Source of the DNA: a virus
Taxonomy: Duplodnaviria > Caudoviricetes
DNA length: 64,000 bases
Virus record (IMG/VR): IMGVR_UViG_3300025724_000001
Coordinates: 1-64,000 of that record
Direction: 5' to 3' (one strand)
This document shows, piece by piece, positions 1 through 7,759 of the stretch. The notes under the pieces were generated by a model. The model was not told where the DNA came from and did not search any database. It saw only the letters and a program-made list of their open reading frames with translations. The first letter of the stretch is position 1. Each line of letters opens with the position of its first letter. The translations under genes and the position numbers were made by a program.

Positions 1-2
1 CA

Positions 3-566
3 CCAAGTGTTTCATTTTCACAAACACCAACTATTACACCGAGTATATCATTCAGTAGAACGCCAAGTATTACACCAAGTATTTCATTTTCGCAAACACC
101 AACCAGAACGCCAAGTGTTTCATTTTCAAGAACTCCATCTATAACTCCATCAATAAGTATATCAATATCATTTACACCTTCTCGAACGCCAACACTAACT
201 CCAACAGAAAGTCAAGGAACAATACATAGTCATTGGGGAGTAAAATATAGTACTATAAGTGTTCCAAATACTATAAAAAATAAAAATATGGTTTTTGGCT
301 ATCATGGCGATGCAGATTTTGGTCCAACAGAAATCACAGGTTTTTGGAATGGAATTGATCCGCCAATTGGAGGTTATACAATTTATCATGTAACTGCATC
401 AAGGCAAGAGCCAAGTATACATATTGCTCATAACGATGCCGAATGTATAAATTTCGCACGATTATTTGGCGGAGTTGGAATTAACACAATTGGTGACGCT
501 ATAACATATTTTTCCACAATTAATCCCGATACAAACATATTCAACAGTAGCGGCATAATAACGTAA
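3..566 (+). CDS. 3' part of a virion/fibre-type protein with an S/T/P-rich linker (gene begins upstream of the window)
   Basis: The frame of the listed 288..566 ORF is open back to the window edge. It reads PSVSFSQTPTITPSISFSRTPSITPS...TPSRTPTLTPTE, the same linker type as in the 50675 protein, followed by a ~120-aa domain. Confidence 0.75.
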   Translation, partial: PSVSFSQTPTITPSISFSRTPSITPSISFSQTPTRTPSVSFSRTPSITPSISISISFTPSRTPTLTPTESQGTIHSHWGVKYSTISVPNTIKNKNMVFGYHGDADFGPTEITGFWNGIDPPIGGYTIYHVTASRQEPSIHIAHNDAECINFARLFGGVGINTIGDAITYFSTINPDTNIFNSSGIIT

Positions 567-606
567 AAATTTTCCTTGAAATCTATTTAGAGATATTTAT
601 TTAAAT

Positions 607-1995
607 ATGAATACTCAGGATATTTTATATCGTGGTGGGATAAATATTGATATAACATTAGACTCATCAGAATATTACGATTTCATTCTTGCAAATGATG
701 ATCGTGAATGTGTATTTTTGGGAAAACCTAATAATACTACATTAATAGAACCTATATATGAAAAAAGTTTTGATGGTCATTTATGTCAATATGATGGTAT
801 TGGTTTAATCGAATACGATAATACAATTAATGATAGTGGTTATACGTACTCCGGTTTAACATTACTTCTTAACTATGAAAATTTTACATCACATTTCGAC
901 ACAACAGGACACACATATTCAAATATAATTTTAAATAATGATACATATACCTTTACTGGTATAACTGATGAAACACACTATTTTGTTATTGACGATTTTT
1001 ATTCTGGTGCAACATATTCTATTGATCCACAACTGTCAGGCTTTACCGAAAATGATATTATTTCCGGTTTCACAACAGATATTATTTCATGTGTTGATCT
1101 TCTAAATGGTTTTTCGGGAACTTGTTGCACAACGCAACAAGTTAAATCAAACATTCCCTGGGTTGCAATAACAAATACTGGTGGTGGTGAAGATAATTGT
1201 TCAGAATTTATTTCACGAAGACCACCACTGGGATGGACGCTTGATCTTGTTTTTAATAGAGAAGGTTTGCCTTGGGATGATGTAATATTTTTCTATACCG
1301 GTGTTAGAGATGAATATGATCCGGCTAATTTTATGGATAATGGACTTGGGTTCGGATTTACATCGGATGGTAGAATCGCTTGGTATGCTTCAAGGTATTC
1401 GGGATTTTGTGGTGAGTCCGGTTATGAACAAATAAATTATATTGATTCAGGTACAACAGCTAATCCTTTATGTATCAACGGTGTTGAAAATGATTTTAAT
1501 ATAACAATAACATTTGAAAGATATTACGAATATTCTGGATGTGCAATATCAAATGAGGGTGGATGGAACGATCTAATCATTGATGAAACAATGATTGAAA
1601 CATTAAATCAAAAATGGATATCGGAAAGACATAAAAGACTCGGTACTTTAAAAATATATTTTAACGGAAGATTATTACAAATTGCCGACAATCAGATGGA
1701 TGTTATTCCTTATTTACGAAATATTCCAAAATTTAAAGTTAGGAATTTTGAAGAAGTTGTGCTTTCTGATAGAGGATTTCAACCATTTACACATGTTGTT
1801 GGTGGTGGAGTGACCGGTTCTAATGATTTATACAAAAGTATTTGTTGTTATAATATCAAATATGCAGCATATTTCGAAACACCAATGAATTTTATTGACA
1901 TTCGCAATCGATATACTACCATAACAAAAAATAATTTTAATATTTCTGAATGTTCTGATAATAATTGTGTAGATGTTTTACATCTTATAATATAA
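607..1995 (+). CDS. Hypothetical virion structural protein (462 aa; C-terminal half possibly LamG/ConA-like beta-sandwich)
   Basis: Long ORF preceded by TATTTAT (594-600). Beta-rich, with 'GTLKIYFNG' resembling the LamG-type 'lyvNG' strand. Confidence 0.5.
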   Translation: MNTQDILYRGGINIDITLDSSEYYDFILANDDRECVFLGKPNNTTLIEPIYEKSFDGHLCQYDGIGLIEYDNTINDSGYTYSGLTLLLNYENFTSHFDTTGHTYSNIILNNDTYTFTGITDETHYFVIDDFYSGATYSIDPQLSGFTENDIISGFTTDIISCVDLLNGFSGTCCTTQQVKSNIPWVAITNTGGGEDNCSEFISRRPPLGWTLDLVFNREGLPWDDVIFFYTGVRDEYDPANFMDNGLGFGFTSDGRIAWYASRYSGFCGESGYEQINYIDSGTTANPLCINGVENDFNITITFERYYEYSGCAISNEGGWNDLIIDETMIETLNQKWISERHKRLGTLKIYFNGRLLQIADNQMDVIPYLRNIPKFKVRNFEEVVLSDRGFQPFTHVVGGGVTGSNDLYKSICCYNIKYAAYFETPMNFIDIRNRYTTITKNNFNISECSDNNCVDVLHLII

Positions 1996-2030
1996 AATCT
2001 TTCAGATATATTTATAATAAAATAACATAC

Positions 2031-2399
2031 ATGGATTTTTATATAAGACAAGGCGCGAGTGAACCGATAATCAAAATGAGATTAATTGATGATGGTAAAA
2101 ATGACAAATCACAATTCAATGATTTATTGGTAAATTCACAAATAACATTTGAAATGTCAGATGTTAAAAATGGTTTTCCGGTTATTCTTAATGGTCAATG
2201 TTCATTGGCATTGAGAACCAAAAAATATCAACAAACAACCGATGAGTTATATATAATCTATCAATTTTCTGAAGAAGAAACATCTATTACTGGTAAATTT
2301 GAAGGAAAGTTTATTATTCAATTTACCGATGAAGAAGGCAATAATACTAATAAATTAATTGTTCCAATTCGCGAAAAACTTTTTATTCATGTTATTTAA
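2031..2399 (+). CDS. Small virion protein, BppU-N-like baseplate/fibre adaptor
   Basis: Start re-called at ATG 2031 (MDFYIRQGASEP), after TATTTATA at 2009-2016. The pattern 'F.I.Q....P' ... 'Y.F...ET..TG.FEG.F.I.F' resembles BppU N-terminal domains. Confidence 0.5.
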   Translation: MDFYIRQGASEPIIKMRLIDDGKNDKSQFNDLLVNSQITFEMSDVKNGFPVILNGQCSLALRTKKYQQTTDELYIIYQFSEEETSITGKFEGKFIIQFTDEEGNNTNKLIVPIREKLFIHVI

Positions 2400-2401
2400 G
2401 T

Positions 2402-5400
2402 TTATGTCGGTTCGGCATGATATGCATAATCATTACCATCGGTTTCAATAATTTCATCTTCATTAAGCTTTTTACTATTAACTTCAGATTTTAATACTTT
2501 TTTATTATAATTAACCCAATATTCGTCAACCAATTCTAATGTTCCTTCTGGATACATAAAGAATGGATCCATATTTATTTTATTCCAGAATATCACCTCA
2601 GTATCAGATAATGTCATGACATCGTCTAACTTGTCCTGTCCGCTTTCTTTCAAAGGTGTACCACTGTCAAGTTCACATTGAAGATCTGTAAAATATTGTC
2701 TGTCTTCAGGTTTTTCAATTAATATACTATCTCGTATTTCTGGTTTAAATACAACAAGTAATGGTTGTATACGTTTATTAAATGTTGATACATAACGAGC
2801 AACGTTATATTCACCAGTTTTATCTGGAAAAAGTGCAATGTCAGATTCAGATATTCTATAACAATTAATTTCAATTTCAGTTATTGTTGATGGTTTTTTC
2901 TTATGTTTCTGATAATATTCTTCTAATTCTTTTCTTGTGTATTTTTTTTCATATCTTGTTTTCCTTTGAACATCACCAGAAGATTTTGTTCGTCCGTTAT
3001 TAACATAGTAAATTGTTTCACCAAGGGTTGCCGGATATTCATCTTTCATTATAAGTTCCATATGCGCTTGTCGAGCCATTAATGAACCAGATTTCGTTTT
3101 TTTCTTTATATATTTTTTATAATCATCAACACTTTGTTTTACACGAGCTTTGTTTGCTATTTTTGAAAGTGGTATTTGTTGATTATAGATTTTTTCAAAA
3201 TATTCATAATAATAGTTAATAAAACCTTTACCATCACCATTTAATAAAAGTCTAAATCCTTCATCTATAAATTCTTCAATATATTGTGGTAATTTTTTTG
3301 ATTTAATTGTATTGCCGGTAAGTTTTATTTTTTCTTTTCCTTTTTTTATTAATTTAATTGCATAATTTTTTCTTGCAATGTTTATACATGCAGGTGATAA
3401 ATAATCAATATCAAGCCCCATAACACCTCTCATAAATGTATCATTAAACTCGGCCATATCAGCATTGATGCCGACATACTCTTTTCCTTTTTCAACGGAG
3501 CTATTTAACCCTTTTCCGATATAAACATGTGAATTAACATCATCAGGTGTCGAAAAGTTTACACCATCAGTATTTTTTAATAAGATACCACCAATTCCAC
3601 CAACAAAAGTTCCGTCTTCAGTTGATATATCATAAACATATCTTTCTTCATTATGTAAAATTTCATTAAACCATATTTCGCTTGGCCTTCTTTTGGTTTT
3701 TTGACTTTTAATTGTGTTGTTTTTATCTTTTCCAATAATTAAAGACTGTGTGTTCGAATTATTCTTTCGTATAGTGATATTATATTCAATCTGTAGTCGT
3801 TTTAAAATATATGATAATGCTGCAATACATACTTTTGATTTTTGGGTTATATTAAAATTGTCATACCAAACGTCATTATTGTGATACCCAGATATAAATG
3901 CTTTTAATATTTTTTCAGTACCATTTAAAATTTCTTTAGGTATCATTTTTTGTTTATATGATGTGTAGCAATTTTTATTAAACCATTTACACAATTCAAT
4001 ATATTCTTCTTTTGTGAAATCTTTATATTTTTTTAAAATTTCTTTGTCATTATCATTAAGAGCAAAATTACCTTCCCTATAAACAATTGTATCATCACCA
4101 ATAAAATACCCAATTAATTTGGCGTTCTTATCCGTAATATAATTTTCAGACTTTAAAACGGGTATTTCAATAATGTCTATCTTATCACCCCTTAAAAGTT
4201 CCGTGGGTTTAATCTGTTCTCCATTTTGAAATACAGAATGATCTGATGTACAACATACTAATCTATCTTTTGTAACTAATTTATGTATTGGTTTATCTGT
4301 CATATGACGATAAACATACTTAATTTCTTTCCATCCATTTTTAGTTAAAATTTCATAATCCTTTTTTGAAAAATCTCTTAAATTATCTGGACTCATATAT
4401 TTCGAATTATATGAGTTTTCATTGAATAAATCACAAATAGGTAAAATAACTAAATTATTATTACAATCTTTCAGATAGACAGGGGTGTCAAATTCAACAC
4501 TATCCATAACTAACGGTACATATTTTTTCTTCATAAACCACATAATCATCATACGAAGAAACTGACGACCAGTACATGTGGTAAATTCACCATTATCCAT
4601 ATCACCCCATAAGAAAACTAGTGGTGCTGAAACAGAACCAAAATATGCATTAATAAAAATTTTTAAAGGTAATTGTTTTCTATCATAAAATTCTGATAAT
4701 TCTGTATTTGTTTTTTCATATTCAATATTGAGTTGTCTATAATGAAAACGTATTCTAAGAAAATATTCTAACAATGCTTTTTGTACTCCAGTAACATCAC
4801 AATCAGGAAAATTATCAAATACAATATGAATTGAAGGATAAAGAGATTTATAGTCAAATTTTACAATATTTTTTGAATAACCGACTTTTAATAATCGAGA
4901 TAACCCCCCAGTAATACTTCGTTTTTCACCTTTTTCTGGTAATGCTAAATTATGATCATAAGACCAAGCAAGCATAATGATTTTCCATAATGTTGCCGTA
5001 CCCATTGTAGCTACTCTTTCATATGTCGTAGGAACTAATTTTGATAGTAAAAATGTTGACTGGCTAAATGAGTCGTCGGCTACCATTGTTTCATATAAGT
5101 CATCATCAAGATATTGTTCAACAAGTTTTCTTCCCGACCATATTTCATATTTACCAGGAAATCTTTCTTGTAATCTTTCAGTACCCGGATCTCCAATTTT
5201 TCTCCAACCGCCAGATTTTGGATTTACGTAATAACTATCCTTACCTAAATAAATTCGTGAAATATGGGCACCATCAATATAAATTCGATTTGGTTTTTCT
5301 TTTTCAAGATATTTGGTTATATACTTTAATCCCCATGATTTTATTTCGGAATTAATTGCCTGTGCTCTACGAACAGAATGTGATGTATCTATAACATTAA

Positions 5401-6244
5401 AACCCCACAATTTGTATTGATCATAAGGTTCAATTTCACTCGCTAATTTTAATATACCTTTTTTAATTCTTAAACCATTATTTGATATAATTTTTGTGAT
5501 TTCATCAACATTCATTTTGTTTATTTCCATTCGTCGTTTAATGAATGGAAAGTCGAAAGATGCTGAATTGTGACCACCAATAATAGTTGGATTTATTTCT
5601 CTAATAACATTAAAAAAGGTTTCTATACATCTTTTTTCACCATCTTCACCATGAGCATTAATCAATAAACGAAATCCACGATTGTCTTTAACACCAATTA
5701 GATTTATTTTATGTATTTCAGGATCAAGACCTTCTGTTTCAATATCAAACACCATCTTATGTACCTCAGAATACTCTTCAATACCTTTAAATAAGCGCTT
5801 TTTTTTCTGTACAAGATATTGTTCTTCCACAGAAAGAATTTGAAATAAATGTTTGTACTTTTCACCCCAAGGATCAATACCACCTTGTTTAAAAAAATTA
5901 ATGAGAGCAGAATATCCTTTATATGACTTAACAAGATAACGAAGACCAGCTTCAAGTCTAACATTTCCATGTGTATCTAATGGACTAATCATAATACTAT
6001 ATTCAACCATTTTTCTTTTTTGTAAAGATTTACTGTTTTTATAAAAATCTAGTCCAGTTAGATCGCCAACCCATAAAAACGGTACAAAAGTATCTGTTTT
6101 AACAATTTTTCCCTTTACAGGGTCTTGTATTATTTTATAAATTCTGTTTGATCTGTAATCGTATTCAATCGCTACGATATATTTTTCGGAATCTTCTCCA
6201 TGAAGAAAGTTTTCGATAACTTCCTGTGTAATTGCTTTACTCAT
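2402..6244 (-). CDS. polB: Family B DNA polymerase with one intein
   Basis: Exo motifs FDIET, HNSASFDFP and YLDDDL. Pol motif A KFDYKSLYPS and motif B QLPLKIFINAYFG. Motif C (VMD|TDG) is split by an intein. Confidence 0.95.
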   Translation of the reverse strand: MSKAITQEVIENFLHGEDSEKYIVAIEYDYRSNRIYKIIQDPVKGKIVKTDTFVPFLWVGDLTGLDFYKNSKSLQKRKMVEYSIMISPLDTHGNVRLEAGLRYLVKSYKGYSALINFFKQGGIDPWGEKYKHLFQILSVEEQYLVQKKKRLFKGIEEYSEVHKMVFDIETEGLDPEIHKINLIGVKDNRGFRLLINAHGEDGEKRCIETFFNVIREINPTIIGGHNSASFDFPFIKRRMEINKMNVDEITKIISNNGLRIKKGILKLASEIEPYDQYKLWGFNVIDTSHSVRRAQAINSEIKSWGLKYITKYLEKEKPNRIYIDGAHISRIYLGKDSYYVNPKSGGWRKIGDPGTERLQERFPGKYEIWSGRKLVEQYLDDDLYETMVADDSFSQSTFLLSKLVPTTYERVATMGTATLWKIIMLAWSYDHNLALPEKGEKRSITGGLSRLLKVGYSKNIVKFDYKSLYPSIHIVFDNFPDCDVTGVQKALLEYFLRIRFHYRQLNIEYEKTNTELSEFYDRKQLPLKIFINAYFGSVSAPLVFLWGDMDNGEFTTCTGRQFLRMMIMWFMKKKYVPLVMDSVEFDTPVYLKDCNNNLVILPICDLFNENSYNSKYMSPDNLRDFSKKDYEILTKNGWKEIKYVYRHMTDKPIHKLVTKDRLVCCTSDHSVFQNGEQIKPTELLRGDKIDIIEIPVLKSENYITDKNAKLIGYFIGDDTIVYREGNFALNDNDKEILKKYKDFTKEEYIELCKWFNKNCYTSYKQKMIPKEILNGTEKILKAFISGYHNNDVWYDNFNITQKSKVCIAALSYILKRLQIEYNITIRKNNSNTQSLIIGKDKNNTIKSQKTKRRPSEIWFNEILHNEERYVYDISTEDGTFVGGIGGILLKNTDGVNFSTPDDVNSHVYIGKGLNSSVEKGKEYVGINADMAEFNDTFMRGVMGLDIDYLSPACINIARKNYAIKLIKKGKEKIKLTGNTIKSKKLPQYIEEFIDEGFRLLLNGDGKGFINYYYEYFEKIYNQQIPLSKIANKARVKQSVDDYKKYIKKKTKSGSLMARQAHMELIMKDEYPATLGETIYYVNNGRTKSSGDVQRKTRYEKKYTRKELEEYYQKHKKKPSTITEIEINCYRISESDIALFPDKTGEYNVARYVSTFNKRIQPLLVVFKPEIRDSILIEKPEDRQYFTDLQCELDSGTPLKESGQDKLDDVMTLSDTEVIFWNKINMDPFFMYPEGTLELVDEYWVNYNKKVLKSEVNSKKLNEDEIIETDGNDYAYHAEPT
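3572..4501 (-). mobile_element. Intein (310 aa) in PolB motif C, with a degenerate LAGLIDADG domain
   Basis: Starts S-VEFDTPV; block B CTSDHSVF; block F YVYDISTEDGTF; ends GILLKN followed by +1 Thr. Removing it restores MDTDG. Confidence 0.9.
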
Positions 6245-6310
6245 TGTATATTATGTTAAGTTTGACATATTATCTTACGAATTTTACGTTCGTAGTTTGT
6301 CTTGTCTATA

Positions 6311-6342
6311 AAAATATACAGAAAAAAAATAAAAAAAACAAA
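6311..6342 (-). promoter_or_regulatory. Early-type promoter of polB (TTTG-N20-TATATTTT)
   Basis: Minus strand: TTTG at 6342-6339, a 20-bp spacer, then TATATTTT at 6318-6311. Same architecture as the promoters at 7510, 33664 and 41612. Confidence 0.55.
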
Positions 6343-6359
6343 AAAAGTCTATCTAATTT

Positions 6360-7484
6360 TTAAATAACTTGAATTGGATATGGCATTGCTCTATATTTAA
6401 GACTTGTATTCAAATTTTCAGCTTCTTTTGCCTTTCTTTCAAGCATTTTGTCCGGACGCAATCTTTCAAGTCTTAACATTAATTCTTCCACCGCTTTGGT
6501 TTTATCATCTCTTGCTTCAGTCAATAATGATTGATAATCTAATCTAACTTGACTATCAGGAACTTGTAATTCACCAGAAAACTTACCCCATATTCTACCA
6601 AGTGTTTCTTTACAATAAGCAATAAAATACTTCCTCACCCAGTTTTGTGATGGACCATTTAACTTATGCCACACAAGACGATCTGTCATAATATCTGATG
6701 GTAATTTAACAATATCATCCATATTATTTCTGTCCAAACATGTATCCATTTCAGTCGTATCATAATACCAATACCAAACATGGTAATTGTTACTTCGTAA
6801 CGAACCAAAATCAAACCGTCCACCTGGCGTATTATATAAATGAACTAGTTTTTCGCCAGTTGGAAGAGCTGTTATTCTATATGTTAATTCACCACCAATT
6901 AATCTGTTTTTAAGGTTTCTATCTTGCATTCTTAATAAAAGGTCATAGGCTGGTAACATAAAATATGAACCAGACGTACCAACTTGAGCAAAACCACCAA
7001 CGCCACCGAAACCAACACCACCAAGACCACCAAAACCACCCAAGAATGGGTCGACAATTGAATCAGTTAATTCGGCTCTGGTAAACCATAATAATTCATT
7101 AATTTCTCTTCCTGCTGGTATTACATATGTTTGAGTGTTAGCAGATAGTGCGAAATAATCTTTATGTAAAACATATGGACCACCGGCTTGTAAACCAACA
7201 ATTTTCGAATATGCATATGTGTATTGTGTCATATAATCTAAACTTCTTGTTGTGAATGCCCTGGCTAGTGATTGTGAATCAATATCAAGTCCAGCTAATG
7301 ATGCCCATTGTGATTCAATAAGCCAATCATTCACATATTGTTCATATTCTGCAATTGATAACTCTAGAAGTGAATCCATTTGCTCTTCAGTTAGTTCTAC
7401 ACCCCTAACTGGTACACCTAAAAGATGAAGAACTTGTGTAAAAAGTTTTTCCCGTTCGTCTGCATTAATTACTGTGGTTGCCAT
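6360..7484 (-). CDS. Neck/head-tail adaptor protein, T4 gp13-like
   Basis: N-terminal LLGVPVRGVELTEEQMD and C-terminal WVRKYFIAYCKETLGRIWGKF...LDYQSLLTEA match the gp13 pattern. TATTTATA lies upstream on the minus strand (7509-7502). Confidence 0.8.
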   Translation of the reverse strand: MATTVINADEREKLFTQVLHLLGVPVRGVELTEEQMDSLLELSIAEYEQYVNDWLIESQWASLAGLDIDSQSLARAFTTRSLDYMTQYTYAYSKIVGLQAGGPYVLHKDYFALSANTQTYVIPAGREINELLWFTRAELTDSIVDPFLGGFGGLGGVGFGGVGGFAQVGTSGSYFMLPAYDLLLRMQDRNLKNRLIGGELTYRITALPTGEKLVHLYNTPGGRFDFGSLRSNNYHVWYWYYDTTEMDTCLDRNNMDDIVKLPSDIMTDRLVWHKLNGPSQNWVRKYFIAYCKETLGRIWGKFSGELQVPDSQVRLDYQSLLTEARDDKTKAVEELMLRLERLRPDKMLERKAKEAENLNTSLKYRAMPYPIQVI

Positions 7485-7509
7485 GCTATTAATTTCTTTA
7501 TTATAAATA

Positions 7510-7541
7510 TTTGATATTTTTATTTAATAATCGTATATTTG
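7510..7541 (+). promoter_or_regulatory. Bacteroidota-type housekeeping promoter (TTTG-N20-TATATTTG)
   Basis: TTTG at 7510-7513 and TATATTTG at 7534-7541 match the -33/-7 TTTG / TAnnTTTG consensus. The ATG is at 7547. Confidence 0.65.
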
Positions 7542-7546
7542 TTTAT

Positions 7547-7759
7547 ATGACAAACTCAGAGATTTTAAAAGAGATTCTAATTGAATGTAACAAAAGACGT
7601 ATCGATTTTACTATATCTCAAGAAGAAGATGAAATTAATGTAAAATATGTGGAAGGTGACCCTAATAGTGTTTACTTAAATATCCCTGACTTTGATAATG
7701 AAAATCTCCCAAATATTTTAATGAATTGTTTAGAAAAAATTAAAACAATTCCTTCATGA
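7547..7759 (+). CDS. Small acidic hypothetical protein (70 aa)
   Basis: ATG 7547 directly follows the promoter. The ORF-track start at 7511 lies inside that promoter. Confidence 0.6.
   Translation: MTNSEILKEILIECNKRRIDFTISQEEDEINVKYVEGDPNSVYLNIPDFDNENLPNILMNCLEKIKTIPS

Noticed and set aside
6975-7045. ACC-rich repeat in the neck gene
   Set aside because: It simply encodes a Gly-rich loop (GGFGGLGGVGFGGVGGF) and is not an independent DNA element.
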